In this document: one piece after another, positions 23,039-33,275 of the stretch
How positions within the stretch are numbered: position 1 is the first letter of the stretch
How the letters are laid out: every line of letters begins with the position of its first letter
NCBI GenBank assembly: GCA_004431415.1
Contig: QPMI01000642.1
Location: 1-64,000, forward strand
Direction: 5' to 3'
From: Cyanophora paradoxa CCMP329
Taxonomy: Eukaryota; Plantae; Glaucophyta
DNA: 64,000 nt
The notes under the pieces: model-generated
What the model was told of the DNA's origin: nothing
The model's input: the letters and a program-made list of their open reading frames with translations, nothing else
Database searches by the model: none
Translations under genes and position numbers: made by a program

Positions 23039-23803
23039 GCACGTTCTCTGGCCGCGGGCGCCTAGCGTCCGCGCCCACGTCGCCCGCGGGGGCGGCGCCC
23101 CTGCCCTCTTTCCCTTCGGCCTCTTTCCCCCTCCCTCTACCCCCCCCTCCTTTTCGTCTCGGCGCTGTACCCCCTGGCCTCAATGCCGTACCCCCCTCGG
23201 AACCGTACCCCCCTCCTTTTCGTCTCGGCACTGTCCCCCCTGGCCTCGCTCCGTACCCCCCGCCTCGGGGAACCGTACCCCCTCTCTACCTCGTCGACCC
23301 CTTCGCGGCTTGCCCTCAATGCTGTACCCCCTCCCGCCCATTGCGCCCCGTACACCCTCTTTCTCCCTCTCGGTTTCTCCTCCCGATTCTGCTCCGGTGG
23401 CCCACGGCCGGTGACGCTTGCCTCTGGCTCGCGGCAATTCTGCTGTGGAAAGGGGAGGGGGAGCCTTCGGCTACGATCAGCTCGCCGCTGCCGGGAAGCC
23501 TCTCTTGATGGCCTCTCTCGTTACTTTGTTCTTGTCTGACCATCCCTTTCCCTGCGAGATGCCGAGCCCACCGCCACTGCCGCTTCTGTGCGAGCCGACA
23601 CCGTCCCGGAGTCCGGAGCCCACCGCGAGGCGCAGGCCAACCGTCTCCCTCTTTCCCGTGCGCCATGACTTGTGTCGAGGGGGCGGCACGCCTCCTAGTG
23701 GGCTCGCAATCGACGCTAAGACTATGTCCCGGGACCGGTTCGAGATGATAAGAGGCGCGCCCCTAGATGGCCCCTCCAGGAAATATTTGATGATGATTTG
23801 GAT

Positions 23804-23876
23804 GCCCTTGGGAACGGCGCGCCTAAGGCCCCTCCAAGATAGCCCTTGGGAACGGCGCGCCTAAGGCCCCTCCAAG
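23804..23876 (+). repeat. 38-bp-period direct repeat within the LTR element
   Basis: gcccttgggaacggcgcgcctaaggcccctccaag occurs twice. Confidence 0.85.
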
Positions 23877-26218
23877 CTTGGGCCGGCTCCCGACCGTGTC
23901 GCGCCACGTGGCCCACGCGCTATCGGACGATACCTGAGAATGGGGGGCCAAAGACCCACGCGGCGGCACTGCCTCCTCGGGGCTCGCCAGCGAGCGTTGC
24001 GATGGCGCCCCGCTAGCTCCGCCACGTTTTTCCCAGGGGGACGCCCCTTTAGCTCTGATGATTTGCCCCGTTGAGCCTCGCTGCGCCAGCGCCGCCCCGC
24101 CCTGCTCAGTGACTGCTCCGCCCCGCCCGCCGGCTGCTCCGCCTCGCAACGCGATATCGATGCTAGCGCTATGCTCTGTGCTGCATTGAGCCCTTCCCTG
24201 TCGCCCGATCGCGAGCCCCTAGAGCCCGGTCCACCCCTCTCACTTGCCGCCCCGTGACAATCCTCTTTTTGATTCAGATGGATTTGTTTGACGGGTTGCC
24301 TTGTCACGGGCGGCATGTGAGATGGCGGTGGTCGGCCTCGAGGCGCGGCTCTCCGATGCGGCGCGGGCGCCCATCCATCCCCTTGGCTCTCCTCGGCTTC
24401 GACTCCTCCTTCCCCCGGCTCCCACCTCTCACTCCTCCGGCTCCGGCGTCTTCGCTTCGCCCTCTCCCCGGCCTCTGGCCCTCGGCGCGGCGACGGCACC
24501 AGTGCGGCGACTGCGACGGCACGGCAGGGTTTTTTTTGCCCGGTTTTTCCCCTGACCGTTATCGACCCTCGAGGGCAAACATCTGGCCCCGGGCGGCCTC
24601 TCCTTGCTCGCCCTCGAGTGGCAGTCCGTACGCCTCCTTCTGGACCTGGCCCGGCTTCATGCAGCCCGGATTTCAGTTGGACTTTTATAGTTGGCTCTGG
24701 ACTCGGTTTTGTTTTTCAGCTAGTGCACGAGGACGCGCACTTGTGCGACAGTGACATGTTGTAGCTGCCAGCTGCAGATAGATTCAGCCTTCGACTTTCC
24801 ATTGCATTGAGTAGCTGTCTCTCGCGCATTTATATTATATACGCATTATATTCATATCCCCGCATTTATATACGTATGCAGCGCACCCTGGCTCGACTCC
24901 TCATGTTTGGACTCGCCATGGCCAGATCAGCTGTTGTTTAGTCGGTTCCCTCTTCTCAGTGGCTCGGACTTGCACACTATAGTTGGTAATCTATAGCTAC
25001 ACTAGGTTTTCGAGGCCGCCCGGTCGGTGAGCGCGTAGGCTAGATAGGCGCTCTGGCTTGAGGTTGGGACCTCTGTTGTTTACTTCATATTTTCACCTTC
25101 ACCAGCCTCTCGTCTTGTGAAGTCGTATCATGGACCCCCGGCTTGCGTCCCGGGAGGTTTCCGGGGCCTACCCCCGCGTCTTGTATATCTGTATTTTTCT
25201 CTCTTACTAGTTAACGCGCACGAGGACGTGCGCTTGTGAAGTCGTATCATGTTGCAGTAGGCATATATTCCCATTATCCTAAGTCCCTGTAGACCTGTAC
25301 CCCTAGTCTGTACCTGTACCCCAATGATACCAGTCCCCAGCTAAACTATGCTGGCAACACCAGCCGACGGCAAAAATTCGATCCTGCACGGACCCGGACA
25401 TCTTTCCGCGCGCCCACGCCGCGGCGCATGCGCGGAACAATAGCATAAGCATCTGAGATGTAGAGCAAGCGTTTCGCACGCTTTACTGATGTGCCGGGCC
25501 GCGAGGGCCCAGCCGACCCCGAAAATTCGATCCTGGACGGACCTGAACATCTTTCCGCGCGCCCTGGCATCCTCGCGCATGCGCATCGCTACAATATTCA
25601 TTTGAGATTTTATTAAAGCTTTTCGCAAGCTCTGCGGACGCGACAAGGCGCGGCAATCCAGCCGACGCAAAAATTCGATCCTGGCCACGCCTGCACATCC
25701 GCGCGCCCTCGCCTCCGCAGCCCTGCACATCGATGCTATATGCGTTCAAGATTCTGTTTAAGCGATGCGCAAGCTCTGTGCATGCGCCTGGCCGCGAGAA
25801 CCTCGCCCCTCCCGGCCGCGGGCCTCCTTCCCAACAATATTATATAATTAATCTCCTCTCAATATGCTCCACCCTTTATTTCCTCAGCACATTAATATTC
25901 CTCTAGCCGGCCAGGGCTAGCTGGACTGGCCGTCAGCTAGCCAGCTTCCAGCCAGAAAGCTGTTCGCTGGCCAGTCGATGAGTGCCCTATAGGCCTACTG
26001 TGACAGCCGCGAGGGCGTCCGCGAGGCTTCGCCGTACTTAGTGCTCCGCAGGAGCACGGATCTTGTTATGCAAAGCGCATTAATTGATTAATTAATATAT
26101 TGCCATTACTCAGTATATATTGGGCGCATTAATATTGTGTTTTACGGTAATTATATAAACGATCGGTGTTACGACGGTGTAAAACCTTGCATGATCATAG
26201 CATGATCATGAATCATGA

Positions 26219-27399
26219 CAAGATCCGTGCTCCTGCGGAGCACTAAGTACGGCGAAGCCTCGCGGACGCCCTCGCGGCTGTCACAGTAGGCCTATAGGGC
26301 ACTGGCCAGCGGCCTGGCCGATCGCGAACAGCTTTCTGGTTGGAAGCTGGCCGGCTGACGGCCAGTCCAGCTACCGCTGGCCGGCTAGAGGAATATAACT
26401 AGAGGAATATTAATGTACTGAGGAAATAAAGGGAGGCCGGAGCAGGTTGAGATTAGAGGAGATGAATTATATATAATATTGTTGAGAGGGAGGCCCGGGA
26501 GGGGCAAGGTTCTCGCGGCCAGGCGCATGCACAGAGCTTGCGAATCGCTTAAACAGAATCTTGAATGCATATAGCTATAGCATCGATGTGCGGGGCTGCG
26601 GAGCTCGAGGCGAGGGCGCGCGGAAAGATGTGCAGGTCCATGCAGGATCGAATTTTCGGGGTCGGCTGGGTCCTCGCGGCCCGTCGCATACGCAAAGCGT
26701 GCGGAAGACTTTGCCTACATCTTAAATGCTTATGCTATCGTTCCGCGCATGCGCCGCGGCGTGGGCGCGCGGAAAGATGTCAGGGCGCGTGCAGGATCGA
26801 ATTTTGGCCGTCGGGTACCTTCCTGCGCTGTTCCGGCTCCGAAAAGCGGATTTCGGGGGTGCGCAGGCCCTGCTATGTCCATGCGCGCCAGTACGCATCG
26901 ATTGCGCGCGTCGCGGGACCGGGCGGGACCGGCTAGCGCTGGATCAAATTTTCGGCCGACTCTTCGCACTGGAGCGTCGACGGCGCTTGAAATCGAGCTT
27001 GCGGCGATGCGCTCGCCCTCGCGCGGCATTCTGTATCGTTCTGGGGCGTCCCTGGCGCGATTTCGTCGCGGGACCGGGCGGGACCGGGTCCCACCTTCTG
27101 ACTCGGACTGCATTTGTCGGAGGTTAAGTACCGGAATTGATCCAGAGGGAAATTCGATTTTCGCGCGACGCCCACGGGCGAGCGGTCGTCTTAGGGGAGC
27201 CACGACGCTAAAAATGGATCTAGAGAGGTCTGTGGGGGTTAGGGTAGCTGAGTCATTAGCGGCAATCGCGTCCGTGTCGAGGCAGAATTAATAATTCGTC
27301 CTCGAGGGAGTGCGACGCGGAAATTATTTAGCAGGGGGGATCTTGAGTGGAAAAAAAGGTTAAAAAAGGAATTTATATCGGCGGTTTTTGGGTTTGAGA
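26219..27399 (-). mobile_element. Helitron2-like copy 3 (lacks ~15 bp of 5' end)
   Basis: Starts caagatccgtgctcctgcggagcac (reverse complement of the 3' end) and ends gggtttgaga, abutting copy 4. Confidence 0.85.
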
Positions 27400-29527
27400 C
27401 AAGATCCGTGCTCCTGCGGAGCACTAAGTACGCCGAAGCCTCGCGGCCGCCCTCGCGCGCGCACGGCTGTCACAGTAGGCGTAGCGCACTGCAGCTGGCC
27501 AGCGGCCCGGCCGAACAGCTGGTTGGCTGGAAGCTGGCGGCCAGAGGCCTGGCTGGCCAGCTAGAGAGGAATGTAATTAATTAGGAGAAGGAATTAATAA
27601 TTAGGGGAAGAGTTGGACTGGCTTGCTTTTAACAGGTAAAGCATATTGAGAGGAGAATAAATATATAATATTTGAGGCCCGGGAGGGGCGAGGTTCTCGC
27701 GATCGCAGCCAGGCGCATGCACAGAGCTTGCGAATCGCTTAAAAAGAAACTCGAATGCATATAGTATCAATGTGCAGGGTTGCGGAGGCGAGGGCGCGAG
27801 GAAAAACCTGCAGGTCCATGCAGGATCGAATTTTCGGGGTCGGCTGGGTTCTCGCGCCCTGTCGCGCCCTTGGAGCTTGCGCTACGCTTTGAAAAGCTCT
27901 CAAATGAATATTGTAGCGATGCCCATGCATGAGGATGCGAGGGCGCGCGGAAAGCTGTGCAGGTCCGTGAAGGATCGAATTTTCGGGGTCGGCTGGGTCC
28001 CCGCGGCCCGGCGCATCGGCAAAGCGTGCGGAATGCTTTGTCTACATCTCAAATGCGTATGCTATTGTTCCGCGCATGCGCCGCGCGTGGGCGCGCGGAA
28101 AGATGTCCGGGGCTGTGCAGGATCGAATTTTTGCCGTCGGGTACCTTCCTGCGCTGTTCGGCATCCGAAAAGCGGATTTCGGGGGTGCGCAGGCCCTGCT
28201 ATGTCTATGCGCGCCAGTGCGCATCGATTGCGCGCGTCGCGGACCGGGCCGGACCGGCTGGATCAAAATTTCGGCGGAGTCTTCGCACTGGAGTGTCGAG
28301 GGCGCCCGAAATCGAGCTTGCGGCGATGCGCTCGCCCTCGCGCGGCATTCTGTATCGTTCTGGGGCGTCCCTGGCGCGATTTCGTCGCGGGACCGGGCGG
28401 GACCGGGTTCCACGTTCTGACTTGGACTGCATTTGTCGGAGGTTAAGTACCGGAATTGATTCAGAGGGAAATTCGATTTTCGCGGGACGCCTACGGGAGA
28501 GCGGTCGTCTTAGGGGTGCCACGACGCTAAAAATGGATGTAGAGAGGTTTGTGGGGGTTCGGGTGGGTGTGTTACCAGCAGCAATCGCGTCCGTGTCGAG
28601 GCAGAATTAATAATTCTGGCTCGAGGGAGTGCGACCAAGAGCTATGCGATACAGGCGCGATGCGGAGGGCGGTCAAGACGTGCCGGAGATTCTCAAGTGC
28701 TGGTACATGCCTGCGGGGCCGCGCTTCTGCGAGGGCGCGCGGAAAGACGTGCAGGTCCGTCCAGGATCGAATTTTCGGGGTCGGCTGGGTCCTCGCGGCC
28801 CGGCACATCCGTAAACTGTGCGGAAGTCTTCTTCTACATCTTAAATGCTTATGCTATCGTTCCGCGCGTGCGCCGCGGCGTGGGCGCGCGGAAAGATGTC
28901 CGGGGCCGTGTGGGATCGAATTTTTGCCGTCGGGTACCTTCCTGCGCTGTTCCGGCTCCGAAAAGCGGATTTCGGGGGTGCGCAGGCCGTGCTATGTCTA
29001 TACGCGCCAGTACGCATCGATTGCGCGCGTCGCGGGACCGGCCGGAACCGGGAGGATCAAATTTCGGCGTACTGTTCGGACTGCAGCGTCGAGGGCGCCC
29101 GAAATCGAGCTTGCGGCGATGCGCTCGCCCTCGCCCGTCATTCTGTATCGTTCTGGGGCGTCCCTGGCGCGATTTCGTCGCGGGACCGGGCGGGACCGGG
29201 TCCCACCTTCTGGCTCGGACTGCATTTGTCGGAGGTTAAGTAACGGAATTGATCCAGAGGGAAATTCGAAATTCGCGCGACGTGCACGGGAGAGCGGTCG
29301 TCTTAGGGGAGCCAGGACGCTAAAAATGGATCTAGAGGGGTCTGTGGGGGTTCGGGCAGCTGTGTAATGTCCATCAATCGCGTCTGTGTCGAGGCAGAAT
29401 TAATAATTCTGTCTCGAGGGAATGTGACACGGAAATTATTTGGCACGGGGGATCTTGAGTGGAAAAAAAGGTTAAAAAAGGAATTTCGGTCGGCGGTTTT
29501 TGGGTTTGAGAAAGAGGCTTCGCCTGA
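27400..29527 (-). mobile_element. Helitron2-like copy 4 (composite, internal ~0.8-kb segment duplicated)
   Basis: 3' end at 27400; 5' end gaggcttcgcctGA at 29527; junction at ~28635-28720. Confidence 0.85.
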
Positions 29528-29714
29528 AGCGACTGTTCTGTCTTCGAATGGTCGGTTCAGATTCGCGTCACAGCGGACGAGTTCGAATTTGGGGCTCCGC
29601 TTACCAAAGCGGCAAGGTTGCAAGTTGCAAAAAAATGGCTAGCGTGGGACTCGGTGAGTCTCGGTCCAAGAGCTCTGGGGGGAGGGGTACGTATTTGGCA
29701 CAGGACGCTAGCGC

Positions 29715-30106
29715 TAGGGTTGCCGTGTCCATGGACATGTCAATCAACCCGGTGGACATGGACATTCGGACACGGACATGTCCGCCGACATGTCCGCCGA
29801 CACTGAATATTAAATTAAATTAAATTAAATTATATTCCAAAAGTGAGGTGGCGGGGCAGCTTGGGCGAGGCCCCCGGCGACTCCCCGCTGCCCCCCGCCG
29901 CTTCCTGAGCACCAGAAACATGCTGCTAACGTTTGCAGTGTTCTGCTAGAGTGTTTGAAACATGATTTGCACGCGTTTTGGCCTGTTTAGAGGGGTATCC
30001 CCCCTAATGTCCACGGACATGTCCACCCGGACCCACGGACATTGACACGACATGTCCGCGGACATGGACATGTCAATGTCCGCGGACATCGGACACGGCA
30101 ACCCTA
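29715..30106. mobile_element. hAT-family MITE (392 bp)
   Basis: 16-bp TIRs tagggttgccgtgtcc / ggacacggcaacccta; 8-bp TSD gctagcgc (29707-29714, 30107-30114); subterminal ggacatgtc repeats. Confidence 0.93.
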
Positions 30107-30120
30107 GCTAGCGCTGGCCA

Positions 30121-30418
30121 TGGCGGAGCCAAGTGTTGCGCTAGCCTCTAGGGTGCGATCATCAGCCTGGCAGCAGGCCTAGCTACCATAGTACTAGTAT
30201 AGGGCGCCGCCGGTTACTAGGGTGTGAAGATCGGTTACACGCTGTCTAGATCTAGGGCTTATCCAGCAGTATAGATCTAGTGGAGCCAAGCCAAGTGTCT
30301 CGCTAGCCTCTAGGGAGCGATCATCAGACCTACTAGGCTAGCTGTAGGGCGCCGCCGCGCGCGGCCGGCCAACGGCTACGGTGTGAAGATCAGATACACG
30401 CTAGCTGTCTTATCCAGT
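30121..30418 (+). repeat. Diverged ~160-bp tandem duplication
   Basis: ggagccaag...gctagcctctaggg.gcgatcatcag...tagggcgccgcc...ggtgtgaagatc...cttatccag occurs twice. Confidence 0.75.
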
Positions 30419-30541
30419 GTCCCCAGCTCGACCGGAGCGATTCGGAGCGCGCGCGCTTCTTTAGCCGACCAGATCGCCAGACCGCTTTGACCAGAAGCGA
30501 CCTCAACCGGTTGGGCGCGGGGCGAGCTCGTAACAGAAGCC

Positions 30542-31992
30542 ATGATGAAGCGCAACTCCGGCGATGAGAGCAGCAGCCCGCGCGCGGCGAGCCCGGCGGC
30601 GCCTGTTCTGAACGGGAAGCGTTTCCTGGAGCCGCCGGGCGACGACCTGGGCGACCTGAGCGAGCGCGCCGGCTCCCTCGCGCTCTCTGGGCGATCGACC
30701 CCCAAGAAGATGTGCACCGAGCCGTCTGCGGCCGCGGCCGCGGCGAGCCCGCAGAAGGTCTGCAATCGGGCGGCGCGGTTATGCGAGCAGCACCACGTGG
30801 CCCCAGCTGACTCGCGCGCGGCGCAGGCGGCAGCCAGCCTCTTTGATCTGCTGCCCGACGACATTCTGATGCTGATCGGCCAGCACTTCGCGCACGTCGG
30901 GTCAGCCGCCGACCTCGTCCACCTCGTCGGCCTGGGCCAGGTCTGTCGCCGCCTTCGCGACGTCTTCCGGGCGCACGGCGGCGGCGCCCTCGCCCTGGCG
31001 ACCTCGGTCCACGTCCCCGCCGGCGACGCCCGCTTCCTCCGCCTCCTCGCCGCCCACGCGCCGGGCATCACCCGCCTCGAATCCTTTGCGGCGGAGGGCC
31101 CGAGCAGCGCCGGCGCCTTCCTGCGGGCCCTGCCCCGCCCGGAGCGCCTCGCCTCGCTCTCGGTCGACGAGCCGTGCACGGCTTCGGACCTGGACGTCGT
31201 CGCCCAGCGCTTCCGCTGCCTCCGCCAGCTCCGCGTCGGCGGCCTCGGCATGCAGTGCGCCGCCGACGACTCGGCCGTCGGCGCCATCCTCGCTGCCAAC
31301 CCCGGCCTCGCCTCCCTGGCCCTCTGCGAGGCCCGCCCCGCCCCGCCCCGCCCGTCCCGCCGCCCGCCCGCCCGCCGCCGGCCGCTGACGCCCGGGCCGA
31401 CGCGCAGGTCGCGATCGACTGGCCGGCGCTGCTGGCGGCGCCGGCGCCGGCGCTCACCGAGCTCCGCCTGGAGCGCTGCTGGAGCCGCCCGGCGATGTCC
31501 CGCCGCATCCTGGACCTCACCGGCATCGACACGTGCCCTGGGGCGGCCTCGCTCGCCCGCCTCGAGCTGGTCTCCTGCCGCCTCGCGCGGGACGGCTCCT
31601 CGCTGGCCGCGGCGTACGCCCTCCCGCACCTCGTCTCGCTCTGCCTCCTCCAGCCGGCCCGCGAGGCCGCCGCCTCGCCCCTGCCCCTCCCGGGCCCCGG
31701 CCAGCTCCCCAAGCTCCGCTCCCTCGAGCGTGCGTCGTACCCCCCTTCCTCCCCCCCCCCTTGACGCGTCGCTCAAGCGGCCGGCCGCGCAGTGTCGCCG
31801 TGCGTGGACGCGGTGTGGGCGTCGCGCCTTGCTGCGCGCTCGCCCTCGGCCCGGGTGGCGCTGCTCCCGCCCACGCCCCCCGGGGGCTCCTCCCCTTCCG
31901 ACGCCGCCCGCCGCTCCGCGTCCGGGCCCCCGTCGCCGGCCCTCGGGCCCCTCGCCGGCTCCCCCGCCCCCGCCCCCGCCGTCGTCGTCTGA
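30542..31992 (+). CDS. F-box/LRR protein (spliced)
   Basis: F-box LFDLLPDDILMLIGQHF...LGQVCRRLR; LRR-like LASLSV, LRQLRV, LTELRLERC, LARLELVSC across short introns. Confidence 0.8.
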
Positions 31993-33275
31993 GGCGCGCC
32001 CCGGCACGCGCCGCGCCACTCCTTCTTTGAGAAGTCATCTGCTAGGGCTTAATAAAACTCGAACTCAGCCTAGTTTCTAATTCTTTTATAACTTGTACTT
32101 TCATCATACTAGCAGCCTACTAGATGAACGGACCGGGGCCTATTTCGGCCCTGCCCCGTGTGCGTTCATAAAATTTGTGGGCCGTCGTCGTCAGTGTGAG
32201 TCATCGATAAACTGTAAAAAACCCTTTTTTTCAATTGCATGTATTTGGCGAGATTCCGGATCCTTACCTGTATATACGTATGGACATGTGCATAGATAAA
32301 TTTAGCTTTTTTTCTCTAGTTTGTATTCATTATCGCGTGTTTATATGGTACTTGTGCACAAAGGCAGGTAGAAGATCTAGAGTACCCAGCTTAAGTTTTG
32401 CTTCGCTTTCAGGATCTTCCGATGATCTTTCCAACTTTAGTTCGGTGTTCCTGGCTCCCTGATCCAGTACTAGTTCTCGGCGCCCCTTCTTGCCCGTTGC
32501 ATACGGGCCTCGTAGGCATTCGTCTGCTGTCCTTGTCCCGATCCGGGGCCGAGGAAATCATCATGATCATGGCCCAGTGGCATGTGTATTGCGATCGCGA
32601 TCGAGCGCCGAATTCAAATATGAGTACTGGATCTTGTCATCACTTTAATTTCGAGTTCGAGCCTGCTGCGGATCCGCATGCAGCTGCAGCTTGCCAGGTT
32701 GCGCTGCCTCATTATAATTTGCAATTGGTGGCTAGCGCTGCGCATCATGATCATGCGCATGCAGCGCATGCAGATGCGCATCATCGATTTCCGCGGCATG
32801 GGCACGCGCAGCCTGGCAGATGTCGCCCCGCGCGCGCGGGACGTCGGAACGTTTTAACGTTAACGGGCGCCGGCGCCGGCCGCGCGGCGCGCGCCGCCCC
32901 CGGCCCGCGGCCGGCCCCGGCCGCGCGCGCCGGCCCGCGGCAACGTGCCGGCACGCGGCCGCGGCCGCGTGCTCTGCCTAGGCCTGCCCCGCGCGCCGTT
33001 GCGCATGCCTTTTCGACCTCCGAGTCTCCGACCGATCCGATCCGTGGCCGGATCCGTCGGGCCCTGCGCATGCCAGCTGCAGGCCTCAGCTGCAGGCCTC
33101 GCAGTCTAGTGAGTCGCAGAGCACAACGTACGTAATACACAAATTTAAAGACGATTTGATCAGGACTCAGTGATCAAGTTTTGATCAGGACATCTGACGC
33201 ACCGGTTCGACTCCCGACAGCAGCGATTAATATTCGGCGAAAGCTCGAGGGCGGCGGCCGTCGGCGGGCACTGGG

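Larger units (their letters stand above)
20381..25359 (+). mobile_element. Non-autonomous (gag-only) LTR retrotransposon with identical 110-bp LTRs and 4-bp TSD
   Basis: LTRs TGTTGC...GCAACA at 20381-20490 and 25250-25359; TSD ccag; the empty site gagaacccagccgacgg is present in Helitron copy 1 (~11650). Confidence 0.93.
19214..26065 (+). mobile_element. Helitron2-like copy 2, with duplicated 5' 189 bp and two nested insertions
   Basis: A|TCaggcgaagcctc at 19214 and again at 19403; same 3' hairpin and CTTG|T at 26065. Confidence 0.85.

Noticed and set aside
23040-24750. pol gene of the LTR element
   Set aside because: No protease, YxDD, RNase H or DDE motifs; the region is low-complexity and repetitive.
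19083-26152. AT-rich MITE with taccgta / tacggta ends hosting Helitron copy 2
   Set aside because: The inverted match is only ~9 bp, too short to support a call.
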